Of a stretch of 64,000 bases of DNA, positions 26,088 to 35,640 are shown in pieces. The notes under the pieces were generated by a model that did no database searches, was not told the DNA's origin, and saw only the letters and a list, made by a program, of their open reading frames with translations. Position numbers and translations under genes: made by a program. Numbering within the stretch: position 1 is the first letter of the stretch; every line of letters begins with the position of its first letter. Origin of the DNA: an uncultured Gemmatimonadales bacterium (GTDB taxonomy: Bacteria; Gemmatimonadota; Gemmatimonadetes; Gemmatimonadales; GWC2-71-9); the NCBI GenBank assembly GCA_963825065.1, contig CAWGRU010000017.1, positions 23,458 to 87,457 of the forward strand. Reading direction: 5' to 3'.

Positions 26088-28184
26088 GTGGCGAGAGGGC
26101 GTGGGTGCGCGACGCGGATCCGTCCTCCTTCGCCCCGCCGCTGCTCGCTGGCGCACCGCCCCGGCCAGCCACAGATTGAGCACTTGGCCTTCACGTCCAG
26201 GACCCCATTGGCCACCGTTCCACCCGACTTGGCCACCGCCCTGCAGGACCGCTACCGCCTCGACCGGGAACTCGGCCAGGGCGGTATGGCCACGGTGTAT
26301 CTGGCGCACGATCTCAGGCACGATCGCGACGTCGCCCTCAAGGTGCTGCGGCCGGAGCTGGCCGCGGTGCTGGGCCGGGAGCGGTTCCTCACCGAGATTC
26401 GGCTCACCGCCAAGCTCGATCACCCGCACATCCTCACCCTGATCGACTCGGGCGAAAGCGCCGGCTTCCTCTGGTACGTGGCGCCGTTCATCCGGGGCGA
26501 GTCGCTCCGCCAGAAGCTCGACCGGCAGAAGCAGCTCGGCGTCGCCGAAGCGGTCGAGGTCGCCCGCGACATCGCCGGCGCACTCGACTATGCCCACGCC
26601 CAGGGCGTGATCCACCGGGATGTGAAACCGGACAACATCCTGCTGCATGAGGGCGAGGCGATGCTGGCGGACTTCGGCATCGCGCTGGCGGTGCGCGAGG
26701 CCGCTGGTGAGCGACTGACCGAGACGGGCCTGAGTGTGGGCACGCCGAAGTACATGAGTCCCGAGCAGGCCACGGCCGAACGGCAGCTCGATGCTCGCAG
26801 CGATGTCTACAGTCTCGGCGCCGTGCTGTACGAGATGCTGGCGGGGGAGCCGCCCTTCACCGGCGCAACCGGGCAGGCGGTGATCGCGAAGCTCATGACC
26901 GAGCGGCCGACGGCGCTCCGGGTGGTACGGGAGACGGTGCCGCAAGCGGTAGACGACGCGGTGACCCGGGCGCTGGCGAAAGTACCCGCAGACCGGTTTC
27001 CGACCGCCGCGGCGTTCGCCGCGGCGCTTTCCGGTGACCCGGCGGCAGAGACTCCCCGCGCGCTCCCGCATCGCCCATCACGCCGGTTCGCGCTGCTGGC
27101 GCCGGCACTTGCCCTCCTCGTCCTGTTCGGCGTCGTCGCCTGGCGGCTGCTCGCCGGCAGCCGCGACCGCCCCGGCCGGAACCCCGAGCTGGTTGCCATC
27201 TACAAGCGCGCGTTCCACAGCTACAGCAAGCGCACACCGGCGGGTGTGACCGAGGCAATCAACGATTACAGCGAAGTGGTCCGGCGTGACTCGACCTACA
27301 GCGCTGCCTGGGCCGGGCTGGCCGAGGCCTACGTCCGCGCCTACAACCGGTACTTCCCGCTACCCGGAGTGACCCGGGACAGTGTGCTGCGGCTGGCGGT
27401 CGCGGCGGCGGACCGCGCGCTCACCGCCGACCGCGGCAACTCGAGCGCCTGGCTTGCCCAGGCGATGGCCAGTCGTCTGGTGGACCCCACCGAAATCGGC
27501 CCGGCGCTGCGGTCGATTCATCAATCGCTGGCGCTCGATTCCACCGTCGCCGAAACCTGGCATTCGCTCGCCATCGAGCTGGCCGACTCAGGTGACCTCG
27601 GCGGTGCAATCGAAGTATGGCGTCGGGCGGTCCGGGTCGACCCATCCTACACCGAGGGGGTGGCTTTCCTCGCACTCGGCCACTACTGGCACCACCAGTA
27701 CGATAGCGCCGCGGTCTGGGCGGACAGCGCCGTGGCCACGGATCCGAACTACCTCCTGGCTCGCCAGGTCGCCGGGAATGTGGCCGTCCAACGCGGCGAC
27801 TTCGTGCGCGGGGTTGCGGCGTTCGACGCCGCACGGCGGCTCGGCGGAGGCGTGGAGGCGGCAAACTCCGTGGCGGGGGCTGCGCTGGCGGAGGCAGCTG
27901 CGGGGCGGCCGCGGGAGGCCGGAGCCCTGTTGCAGCAGGCCGAGTCTCTGGCCACGGCCTACACGCCGGCCCCGCTCCACACCGCGGTCTATATCGCCCA
28001 GGCGCACGCGGCACTCGGCCAGGCCGATCGCGCCCTCGCGTGGCTCACCCGGTTCGTGCCCCGACGCGACCTGCACTTCCAGCTTCACCTCCGCTGCGAC
28101 CCGCCATTTGCCCCCCTCTGGGCCGACCCGCGCTTCCGCGCGCTGCTCATCCGGCCGCTCCCGCCGCGCGGCGAAGGCTGCTGA
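26088..28184 (+). CDS. Ser/Thr protein kinase - TM - TPR protein (not sigma-linked)
   Basis: Kinase motifs: GQGGMATVYLAHD, VALKVL, VIHRDVKPDNILL, DFGIA, SPEQ. A TM segment (FALLAPALALLVLFGVVAW) is followed by TPR-like repeats. The true start may be TTG 26208, by alignment with the paralogue whose ATG is at 55654. Confidence 0.85.
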   Translation: MARGRGCATRIRPPSPRRCSLAHRPGQPQIEHLAFTSRTPLATVPPDLATALQDRYRLDRELGQGGMATVYLAHDLRHDRDVALKVLRPELAAVLGRERFLTEIRLTAKLDHPHILTLIDSGESAGFLWYVAPFIRGESLRQKLDRQKQLGVAEAVEVARDIAGALDYAHAQGVIHRDVKPDNILLHEGEAMLADFGIALAVREAAGERLTETGLSVGTPKYMSPEQATAERQLDARSDVYSLGAVLYEMLAGEPPFTGATGQAVIAKLMTERPTALRVVRETVPQAVDDAVTRALAKVPADRFPTAAAFAAALSGDPAAETPRALPHRPSRRFALLAPALALLVLFGVVAWRLLAGSRDRPGRNPELVAIYKRAFHSYSKRTPAGVTEAINDYSEVVRRDSTYSAAWAGLAEAYVRAYNRYFPLPGVTRDSVLRLAVAAADRALTADRGNSSAWLAQAMASRLVDPTEIGPALRSIHQSLALDSTVAETWHSLAIELADSGDLGGAIEVWRRAVRVDPSYTEGVAFLALGHYWHHQYDSAAVWADSAVATDPNYLLARQVAGNVAVQRGDFVRGVAAFDAARRLGGGVEAANSVAGAALAEAAAGRPREAGALLQQAESLATAYTPAPLHTAVYIAQAHAALGQADRALAWLTRFVPRRDLHFQLHLRCDPPFAPLWADPRFRALLIRPLPPRGEGC

Positions 28185-28334
28185 CCCGCCCGGCTCCAAG
28201 CCTCCAGCCCCCCGGCTCCCTGCAGCAGGCGCGATCCGCCCCCCAACCGGCTCATGAGCCGCATCGGGCCGGTTCCACGCCTTCCAATAGCGGCCGATGG
28301 AACGGCCAGCGGGAACCACCACTCGGGGGGACAG

Positions 28335-29093
28335 ATGAAGCGCGCACTCATTCTGATGTATGGAACCGTGGCCTACTTCGCCTTCTTCGGCAGCTTCGTG
28401 TATTTCATCGGCTTCGTCGGCAACCTCACGCCGGTGGCCATCGATTCGCCGCGCGCAGGCCCGCTCGGCGCGGGCGTGCTGGTCAACCTCCTGCTGGTGG
28501 GGCTGTTTGGGGTCCAGCACACGATCATGGCGCGGAAGCCGTTCAAGCGCTGGATCACCCGCTACATCCCCGAGGCTACGGAGCGTCCGACCTTCGTCCT
28601 GGCCGCCTCTGTGCTGCTGGCGCTCATGATGTGGCAGTGGCAGCCGCTGGGCGGCGTGGTGTGGACGGTCGAGATGCCGGCGATCCGCGCCCTGCTCTAT
28701 GGGATCTACGGACTCGGCTGGGTGCTGGTGTTCGCCTCGAGCTTCTCGATCAATCACTTCGACCTGTTCGGGCTCAGGCAGGCGTGGCTCGGGTTCCGCG
28801 GGAAGCCCTACACCCCGATCCAGTTCCGGGACCCCTGGCTCTACCAGCAGGTCCGGCATCCGCTCTATCTCGGCTTACTCCTGGGCCTGTGGGCGACGCC
28901 GATGATGACCGTGACCCACCTGGTGCTGGCCGCGGGTCTCTCGGCGTACATCCGGTTCGGCGTCCGGCTGGAAGAGCGAGACCTGATCGCCGATCACCCC
29001 GAATACGACAGCTACCGCCAGCGGGTCCCGATGTTCATCCCCGGCCTGCCGGGCGCCGCGCCGGCCGATGCGGAAGCGCTGTCGGACGCCTAG
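28335..29093 (+). CDS. ICMT/PEMT-fold membrane methyltransferase resembling methanethiol S-methyltransferase MddA
   Basis: ATG 28335 is preceded by GGGGGGA. The segments YFIGFVGN, LLLVGLFGVQHTIMARKPFKRW, SINHFDLFGLRQ, FRDPWLYQQVRHPLYLG and YRQRVPMFIP match my recollection of the MddA family. Confidence 0.7.
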   Translation: MKRALILMYGTVAYFAFFGSFVYFIGFVGNLTPVAIDSPRAGPLGAGVLVNLLLVGLFGVQHTIMARKPFKRWITRYIPEATERPTFVLAASVLLALMMWQWQPLGGVVWTVEMPAIRALLYGIYGLGWVLVFASSFSINHFDLFGLRQAWLGFRGKPYTPIQFRDPWLYQQVRHPLYLGLLLGLWATPMMTVTHLVLAAGLSAYIRFGVRLEERDLIADHPEYDSYRQRVPMFIPGLPGAAPADAEALSDA

Positions 29094-29102
29094 GCATCCG
29101 TC

Positions 29103-29861
29103 ATGCGCATCCTGGCCCAACCGAGAGAGCTCGCGGACCTGTCCGAGATCGATCCCGTCGTCCCCCCCGGGGACGGCGACCGATTCAGCGGCTACAGCGT
29201 GATGGGACTGCCGTTCGAATCGGGGCAGGTCCTCGCACTCCGGCGGTTTCCCGCTTCGTCGCTCGGCGGCGGCTACTCTTCCGTCTGGCATCGCGACGCG
29301 GACGGGCGCTGGACCTTCTGGTCCGACATCGCACCGGAGGCGTCCTGCGCCCGCTTCTTCGGCCGCTCGGTGGCGCGGGTAGCGGTCGCGCCGATCCGGA
29401 TCCTGTGGACCGGGGCACGCAAGTTCAGGGTCGTGGTCGGTGACGGTGTCATCGACTGGTCGGTCGAACTGGTGACGACACCGGCGACCCTCCTGCTGGT
29501 CGCGGTGGGGGTCTGTCTCCCCGAGCATGCCTGGCGGCAACCCGCGGTCCTCGGCGCAATGGGCCGGATCGCGGGTCCGCTGCTCGGTGTTGGGCTGGTT
29601 CGCCTGAAAGGCCGCACCTCCAACGGGCAGCGCTTCATGGTCTACCCGGAGCGGGCCTGGATGGTGGATCGGTCGGCGGCGAGGGTGGAAGGGGCGGCCC
29701 TCGGTGTGCCGGGTCCGCTCGCGCGCCAGGCGTTTCTCGGGGACTTCGCGATTCCGCAGCGGGGGATCTTCGTGATCGGTGGGGCGCACTTCGAGTCGTT
29801 CAATCCCGCGCTCCACTCGAGTGTCATCTCGTCCGGCGATGCCGCCCTCGCCGAGGGGTGA
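29103..29861 (+). CDS. hypothetical protein (co-operonic with the MddA-like gene)
   Basis: The ATG is 9 nt after the upstream stop. It is a 252-aa ORF of normal composition with one hydrophobic stretch (VTTPATLLLVAVGVCL). I recognised no family. Confidence 0.6.
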   Translation: MRILAQPRELADLSEIDPVVPPGDGDRFSGYSVMGLPFESGQVLALRRFPASSLGGGYSSVWHRDADGRWTFWSDIAPEASCARFFGRSVARVAVAPIRILWTGARKFRVVVGDGVIDWSVELVTTPATLLLVAVGVCLPEHAWRQPAVLGAMGRIAGPLLGVGLVRLKGRTSNGQRFMVYPERAWMVDRSAARVEGAALGVPGPLARQAFLGDFAIPQRGIFVIGGAHFESFNPALHSSVISSGDAALAEG

Positions 29862-29891
29862 GGCGCGGCCGGGCGCCGCGCGCCGGGAGCG

Positions 29892-32534
29892 CTAGGTCGA
29901 ATCGGCCGACGCATATCGCGCCGCATCCGCGGGACGGCCGAGCGCGCGATAGGTGATCGCAAGGTTGCGGCGGACGGCCGCGATCTCCGCCGGCGTCGAA
30001 CTCCCTATCGACTTGAAGACGGCAAGGGCCGCGACCAGTTGGCGCTCGGCCTCGGGGTACTGCCGGCGCCGGACGGCAATCTCGCCCAGCAGCGCCTCAC
30101 ACCGGCCCACTTGCAGGTGCGAGGGCCCGTGCGCCCGGCGCCCGATCTCCTCACTCCGGACCAGCAGGGACTCGGCAATCGCGAGGTCCCCCTTCCGCAT
30201 TTCGAGCATGGCCAGGGCATACAGGCTGCCGGCCATGGTCGGGTGATCCGGGCCCTTGGTTCGCTCGACCATGGCGACCACCTCACGCCGCACGGCAATC
30301 GCCGTGTCCAGCCGCCCCTCGTCCGCCCAGAGATCGGCCAGAGCGCCGCGGTCGCCCGCGACGATGTAGTGGTCCGGGCCCAGCCCGGCCTCGCGCAGCG
30401 CCAGCACCCTCTGCAGGAGCGATTCAGCCTCGGCGTAGCGGCGTTCCTGCTGGAGCAGCTGTGCCAGGTTCCCCAGTCCGTACGCCAGCCCCAGGTACTG
30501 ATCCCCCATCGCGCGGCGTTGCAGCATGATGCCGCGGCGATAGAGCGCCTCGGCCTCGGCCCAGCGGGTGGAATCCCGCGTGAGCATGTCGGCGAGGTTG
30601 TACGACGTCGGTGCGACCCTGGGATCGAGCGGCCCCATCGTCTGCTGGCGCAGGGAAAGCGCTTCCCGCGCCGCCGCTTCGGCGGGCGCGAATTTCCCCT
30701 GGGCATAGAGAGCGTAGGAGAGCCGGACCATGGCGTCGGTGATCAGAGGATCCTCGGGCCGCAGCACCCGGCGGCGGATCGCGATCACCTCGCGGTACGC
30801 CGATTCGGCCTCGGGGGTGCGGGTGAGGTACGGATACAGGAAGGCGAGGTCGCTCAGGGCGTCGGCATAGACCGCGTTCTCCGTCCCCGTGGTGCGGCGG
30901 AGAATGGCCAGGGCCTGCAGATAGAGCCGCTCCGCCTCCTGATATCGCCCGTTGACGCGCTCGACCGTCCCGAGATGCTGCAGGCTGACGGCGACCTCCG
31001 GACGATCCTCACCGAGTTCCCGGCGCCTGATCGTCAGGCCCCGGGTAATGGCCGTCTGAGCCTCCTCGGTACGTCCCATGTTGAGGAAGAGCTGACCCAG
31101 GGCGTCGAGCAGGCGCGCCTGCACCGCCGGCTGGTCGCGCAGCTCGTCGACCCGCGCCCTGCCCCGCTCGAGCAGTTGTGCACCAAAGGCGGCGTCGACC
31201 GGGGCGACGTTCGGATCGCTCTCCCGGAACAACCCGATCAGGAAGTCGGCCACCTCCTGCGACTGCGTCAGGGCGGTCTCGGCCCGGAGTCGCGCCCTCG
31301 CCGCCACCCGGGCCTGCCAGCTGGTGGTGATGAGCCCTGCGGTGAGGGCGACGAGCACCAGCACGGCGCCGGTGACCGAGGCCCGATGGCGCCGGACAAA
31401 GGTCCGCATCCGGTAGCCCAGGGTGTCGGGGCGGGCCATGACCGGCTCATGCTCGAGATGCCGACGCAGATCCTCGGCCAGATCCTGGGCCGAGCGATAC
31501 CGCCGTTCCGGCTCCTTGGCGAGCGCCTTGAGCACGATGGTGTCGAGGTCGCCGCGGAGACGCCGGGCGCGTTGGGGCGTGCCGACCCTGGTGCTGGGCC
31601 GCTCGGGGATGCGGCCGCAGACGATCTCCTCGACCGCCCGGGGGCTGTAGTCCACAATGTCGTACGGCCGCTTCCCGGTCAGCAGTTCGTACAGCAGGAC
31701 GCCGAGCGAGTAGATGTCCGTGAGAGTCGTCACCCGCTCGCCGCGCACCTGTTCGGGACTGGCGTAGCTGGGGGTGAGCCAGAAACCGGTGCGGGTGCCG
31801 ATGGTCTCGCCCTGCCGGTCGCGACCCTCGCTCTCCACCAGCGTGGCGACGCCGAAGTCGAGCAGCTTGGGATCGCCCGACGCCGGGATAAGGATGTTGC
31901 CGGGTTTGAGGTCGCAGTGGATGACCAGCCGCTGGTGGGCGTAGTGCACCGCCTCCGCCACCCCGATGAAGAGCTGCACGCGGGCCTCGATGTCTAGATC
32001 CCGCTTGCGGACGAACTCGGTCAGCGAGTCGCCCTCCACATACTCCATGGCGAGGTACGGCTGGCCGCCGGGCCCGTAGCCGCCATCGATGAGGCGCGCG
32101 ATGCCGGGGTGCTCGAGCCGGGCGAGAATCTGCCGCTCACGGGCGAACCGCTCGTCCAGCCCCGAGGTGTCGCCGAGGGCATGAAACAGGTCCCGACGGA
32201 GCAGCTTGAGCGCAACCAGCTGGGTAAAGCCGGCCCCGATCCGCTCGGCGAGGAAGACGGTGCCCATCCCGCCCTCTCCGAGCGACCTGACGATCCGGTA
32301 CTCGCCGAAGGTGGTCCCGGCGGGGTCGGCCTCCGACGGGCTCTCGGCGAGTTCTCCCAGCAGGCCGTCCGTCGCGTGCGCCAGCAGCGATTCGACTTCC
32401 GAGCGGAGTGCGGCCTCGCCGGTGCACACCACGTCGAGATACCGGCCCCTGTCGTCGCCTTGTCGTTCCAGCGCGCCGAGGAAGACCTCTTTGATGCGGT
32501 CCCAGTCCAGGGTTTCGCCGGACTCGCCGCTCAC
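29892..32534 (-). CDS. Ser/Thr protein kinase (non-RD, HCD catalytic loop) with N-terminal helical extension, TM and TPR tail
   Basis: GTG 32534 overlaps the sigma stop (GTGA). Kinase motifs: GEGGMGTVFLA, VALKLL, VIHCDLKPGNILI, DFGVA. A TM segment (VTGAVLVLVALTAGLI) is followed by classic TPR repeats. Confidence 0.9.
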   Translation of the reverse strand: MSGESGETLDWDRIKEVFLGALERQGDDRGRYLDVVCTGEAALRSEVESLLAHATDGLLGELAESPSEADPAGTTFGEYRIVRSLGEGGMGTVFLAERIGAGFTQLVALKLLRRDLFHALGDTSGLDERFARERQILARLEHPGIARLIDGGYGPGGQPYLAMEYVEGDSLTEFVRKRDLDIEARVQLFIGVAEAVHYAHQRLVIHCDLKPGNILIPASGDPKLLDFGVATLVESEGRDRQGETIGTRTGFWLTPSYASPEQVRGERVTTLTDIYSLGVLLYELLTGKRPYDIVDYSPRAVEEIVCGRIPERPSTRVGTPQRARRLRGDLDTIVLKALAKEPERRYRSAQDLAEDLRRHLEHEPVMARPDTLGYRMRTFVRRHRASVTGAVLVLVALTAGLITTSWQARVAARARLRAETALTQSQEVADFLIGLFRESDPNVAPVDAAFGAQLLERGRARVDELRDQPAVQARLLDALGQLFLNMGRTEEAQTAITRGLTIRRRELGEDRPEVAVSLQHLGTVERVNGRYQEAERLYLQALAILRRTTGTENAVYADALSDLAFLYPYLTRTPEAESAYREVIAIRRRVLRPEDPLITDAMVRLSYALYAQGKFAPAEAAAREALSLRQQTMGPLDPRVAPTSYNLADMLTRDSTRWAEAEALYRRGIMLQRRAMGDQYLGLAYGLGNLAQLLQQERRYAEAESLLQRVLALREAGLGPDHYIVAGDRGALADLWADEGRLDTAIAVRREVVAMVERTKGPDHPTMAGSLYALAMLEMRKGDLAIAESLLVRSEEIGRRAHGPSHLQVGRCEALLGEIAVRRRQYPEAERQLVAALAVFKSIGSSTPAEIAAVRRNLAITYRALGRPADAARYASADST

Positions 32535-33091
32535 TCGCTCAGCTCCCGGTTGAGCCAGGCCCGGGCCAGGGACCAGTCGCGCTTGACGGTGGCCGGGGAG
32601 ATGTCGAGCGCCGCGGCGGTCTCCTCGACGCTCATGCCCGCGAAGAACCGGCACTCGACGATGCGTTCCTGCCGTGCGTCGATCGTACGCAATCGCTCCA
32701 GCGCCTCATCGAGCGCTACCAGCTCGCCCGGCCGGGTCTGGGCCGCGTTCAGCGCATTGTCCAACGGCAAGTGCGCCGCCCCGCCGCCCCGCTTGCCGGC
32801 CCGCCGCTGACGCGCATGGCTCACCAGGATACGACGCATTTCATTGGCGCACGCGCCGAAGAAATGAGCCCGGTCCTGCCAGACCACCCGCTCCAGCCGG
32901 ACCAGCTTGAGATAGGCCTCGTGCACCAGCGCGGTCGCAGAGAGGGTGTGGTCGGGTCGCTCGTGTCGCAGGGCGCGGTTGGCCTGTTCGCGGAGCTGTC
33001 CGTAGATGACCGGCAGCAGCCCGTCCAGCGCCGCACGGTCGCCGGCGGAGAGCGCAAGCAGCGCCTGGGTTACATCGGTCTCGGATGCCAT
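32531..33091 (-). CDS. ECF sigma factor (PF07638 / ECF43-like type)
   Basis: I prefer ATG 33091 (GAGGAAG upstream); ATG 33121 is an alternative. Contains LLALSAGDRAALDGLLPVIYGQLRE, HTLSATALVHEAYLKL, WQDRAHFFGACANEMRRILVSHARQRRAGKRGGG, and a region-4 HTH. Confidence 0.85.
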   Translation of the reverse strand: MASETDVTQALLALSAGDRAALDGLLPVIYGQLREQANRALRHERPDHTLSATALVHEAYLKLVRLERVVWQDRAHFFGACANEMRRILVSHARQRRAGKRGGGAAHLPLDNALNAAQTRPGELVALDEALERLRTIDARQERIVECRFFAGMSVEETAAALDISPATVKRDWSLARAWLNRELSE

Positions 33092-33291
33092 CAGCGGACT
33101 TCCTCGCCGGCCGGCGGACATTTCTAATTAGCTGCCGGCGTCGGACCTCCGCCAGCCTCCACCCTGTACGCTTCGCTGGCGTCGTGGCGTAGGCGGGGGC
33201 AGATTGCCCCATTCCTCAGGGGACCGCCAGCGCCTGGCCAGCGAGCCGGGCAACGCCGGCATGGCCACACTGATTGACGGGAGACGAACGC

Positions 33292-34764
33292 ATGGCCCGA
33301 CGTCGAGCACTTTCCCGAGCGAGCTGGATGTCTGCTCTGCTGTTCTCGCTTGGCGCCACTCCCGCTCTCGGTCAGATCCCCACGGCGGAGTTCGCCGCCC
33401 GCCGCGACTCCCTCGCGTCACTCATCGGCACCGGCGTCGTCGTGGCCTTCGGGGCCCGCACGCCGGTGACCGACTTCGGCCCGCCGACGCAGCTCCCGAC
33501 CTTTCACTACCTCACGAACTACGACGAGCCCGACGCCGCCTTCGTGCTGGTGGTGCGGAACGGGGCCGGCGTGGCGTCGCTCTTCACCACGCCGGTCGAG
33601 CCCCGGCGGTCCCTGTACTACGGCCAGCGCCCCGACAGCGCGCAGCTCGAGGCCGCGACCGGTATGCGAGCCCGCTCGTCCGCGGCGCTGGGCACGGTGC
33701 TCGACTCGCTCGCAGCCGCAGGCCTGCCCTTCTACACGCTCGCCGACTTCGAGGACGCGGACTTCGCGCGCCAGGACTCGCTCACTCGCGGAGTCCGGTT
33801 CATGCGCGCCTTTGCGGAGCAGCACCCGGGGCTTACCCTGGCCGACGCGCACCCTCTGGTCGATCAGCTTCGGGCGCGGAAGAGCCCAGCCGAACAGGCG
33901 CTGCTCCGCCGCGCCGCCGAGATCAGCGTGGACGGCCACCTCGCGGCGATGCGACTGGCCGCGCCGGGCCTCCACGAATACGACCTCCAGGCCGCGCTCG
34001 AGTACGCCTTTCGCCGCGGCGGCGCGGCCCGGCCCGCCTACGGGAGCATCGTCGGCTCCGGCATGCGCGGGACGCAACTCCACTATATGAAGGATAGGGG
34101 GCCGCTGCAGCCCGGCGACCTGGTCGTCATGGACGCCGGTGCCGAGTACGAGGGCTACGCCGCCGATGTGACGCGTACCATCCCGGTCGGGGGAAGATTC
34201 AGCGCCGAGCAGCGCGCCCTGTATCAGCTGGTCCGCGATGCGCAGGCGGCGGCGGAGCGGGCCTCGGGGCCCGGGCTGTCAGCCCGGGCGGCGGAAGACT
34301 CGTCCTTCGAAGTCCGGGCGCGGGGCCTCGCCGCGCTCGGCTACATCGAGAGCGCCGATGCGCTCATGGATCCGCCCTGGACCGCGGACTGCAAGGCGCA
34401 GCCCCGCGCGTGCCGACAGGCGACCCTCTTCACCATCCACGGCATCAGCCATGGTCTGGGTCTGGCGGTCCACGACCCGGCGCAGTTCTACACCATGGAC
34501 CATACCTTCCGCCCCGGAGACGCCTTCACCATCGAGCCCGGGATCTATATCAACGCCGCGGCGCTCGACCTGCTGCCGGATACACCGCGGAATCGCGCCT
34601 TTCGTGCCCGCGCCGAGCCCGCGGTCCGCCGCACCAACAACACCGGCATCCGGATCGAGGACGACTACCTCGTCACCGAGCACGGGCTGGAGTGGATCAG
34701 CCGCGCCCCGCGCGAGATTCCCGAGATCGAGGCGGCCATGCGGCAGCGGTCGTTCCAGCCGTGA
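33292..34764 (+). CDS. secreted Xaa-Pro aminopeptidase (M24B, AMP_N + peptidase_M24)
   Basis: ATG 33292 has a signal peptide. Metal-ligand regions are present: DLVVMDAGAEYEGYAADVTRT, HGISHGLGLAVHD, FTIEPGIY and GIRIEDDYLVTE. Confidence 0.85.
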   Translation: MARRRALSRASWMSALLFSLGATPALGQIPTAEFAARRDSLASLIGTGVVVAFGARTPVTDFGPPTQLPTFHYLTNYDEPDAAFVLVVRNGAGVASLFTTPVEPRRSLYYGQRPDSAQLEAATGMRARSSAALGTVLDSLAAAGLPFYTLADFEDADFARQDSLTRGVRFMRAFAEQHPGLTLADAHPLVDQLRARKSPAEQALLRRAAEISVDGHLAAMRLAAPGLHEYDLQAALEYAFRRGGAARPAYGSIVGSGMRGTQLHYMKDRGPLQPGDLVVMDAGAEYEGYAADVTRTIPVGGRFSAEQRALYQLVRDAQAAAERASGPGLSARAAEDSSFEVRARGLAALGYIESADALMDPPWTADCKAQPRACRQATLFTIHGISHGLGLAVHDPAQFYTMDHTFRPGDAFTIEPGIYINAAALDLLPDTPRNRAFRARAEPAVRRTNNTGIRIEDDYLVTEHGLEWISRAPREIPEIEAAMRQRSFQP

Positions 34765-34772
34765 ATGCGGTG

Positions 34773-35033
34773 CTACCTGGCCCTGAGCCACACCAGGGCC
34801 GGTAGCGCGACGTAGAGCAGGAGGTCACGCACCAGATAGAACGCCGCTACCGCGGCGATCAACTGCCACCGCCGCCGCCGCGGCAGCCCGCCCTCTGCGA
34901 TCGCCGCCCGCCACTCCCTGATCCGTCGCACCGCCCGCCCCCGCGCTGTTGGTCCCGGAATCTGCGCCTCCCAGGCTACCGGGAGAAGGCGCGACTCTTC
35001 CGCCCGCCGGCTCATCAGCCGGATTTTGAACAT
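34773..35033 (-). CDS. small (86 aa) C-terminally anchored membrane protein, unknown function
   Basis: ATG 35033 is preceded by GGAGGTG at about 6 nt. An Arg-rich soluble part is followed by a single C-terminal TM (WQLIAAVAAFYLVRDLLLYVALPALVWL). It is divergent from marR. Confidence 0.5.
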   Translation of the reverse strand: MFKIRLMSRRAEESRLLPVAWEAQIPGPTARGRAVRRIREWRAAIAEGGLPRRRRWQLIAAVAAFYLVRDLLLYVALPALVWLRAR

Positions 35034-35081
35034 CCCTTCACCTCCCCCGCCGCCAGCTCTCCCCTCCTGCCGGGGCGCGTC

Positions 35082-35110
35082 TTGACAATACATGTTATAA
35101 CATGTATAAT
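35082..35110 (+). promoter_or_regulatory. consensus sigma-70 promoter (TTGACA-17 nt-TATAAT) for marR
   Basis: TTGACA lies at 35082-35087 and TATAAT at 35105-35110 with a 17-nt spacer. This is the only full consensus promoter I saw in the window. Confidence 0.65.
35088..35107. promoter_or_regulatory. perfect 20-bp palindrome (probable MarR operator) occupying the promoter spacer and -10
   Basis: ATACATGTTA|TAACATGTAT. The two halves are exact reverse complements. Confidence 0.6.
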
Positions 35111-35116
35111 CGTCCC

Positions 35117-35581
35117 ATGACAAGCGCACTCCAGGCCGAACTCAAGCAGACCAGGCCCTTTCCCAACCGGGCCAGCGAGGCCTTCGTGAGCATCCTCAGG
35201 ACCGCCGCGGTACTCGACCACCAGTTGGGTGAGGCACTGCGGCCGTTCGGGCTCACGCCGACGCAGCACAACGTGCTTCGGATCCTCCGCGGCGCCGGCC
35301 CCGAGGGACTGTGCGGACGGGAGATCGCGGAGCGGATGGTCGCCAGGGTTCCCGACGTGCCCCGCATGCTGGACCGGCTGGAAGCGATGCGGCTCACCGC
35401 CCGGGAGCGAGATCCGGCGGACCGACGCCATGTGACCGCGACGATCACTCCGAAGGGGCTCGCGCTCCTGGACCAGGTGGTTCCCGCCGTCGAAGCCGTC
35501 GAGAAGGCCCGGCTCGGCCGGCTCAGCGATCGAACGCTCGTGACACTGATTGAAGCATTGGCCGCAGTACGCGGCAGCTGA
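35117..35581 (+). CDS. MarR-family transcriptional regulator
   Basis: The winged-helix region LTPTQHNVLRILRGAGPEGLCGREIAERMVARVPDVPRMLDRLEAMRLTARERDPADRRHV is typical of MarR. I chose ATG 35117 because the track ATG at 35102 lies inside the promoter. Confidence 0.9.
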   Translation: MTSALQAELKQTRPFPNRASEAFVSILRTAAVLDHQLGEALRPFGLTPTQHNVLRILRGAGPEGLCGREIAERMVARVPDVPRMLDRLEAMRLTARERDPADRRHVTATITPKGLALLDQVVPAVEAVEKARLGRLSDRTLVTLIEALAAVRGS

Positions 35582-35593
35582 TTGTCCGGCAAT

Positions 35594-35613
35594 ATAGATG
35601 TTATAACAGTTAC
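35594..35613. promoter_or_regulatory. degenerate second copy of the palindrome upstream of doxX
   Basis: ATAGATGTTATAACAGTTAC matches the 35088-35107 palindrome at 16 of 20 positions. It lies in the marR-doxX spacer, 28 nt before ATG 35641. Confidence 0.4.
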
Positions 35614-35640
35614 TGCTTGCTTCCTTGAATGGAGTTCCCC

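Noticed and set aside
35102-35116. Track start codon ATG 35102 for marR
   Set aside because: It lies within the spacer/-10 of the consensus promoter, so it cannot be on a transcript from that promoter. ATG 35117 is in frame and correctly placed.
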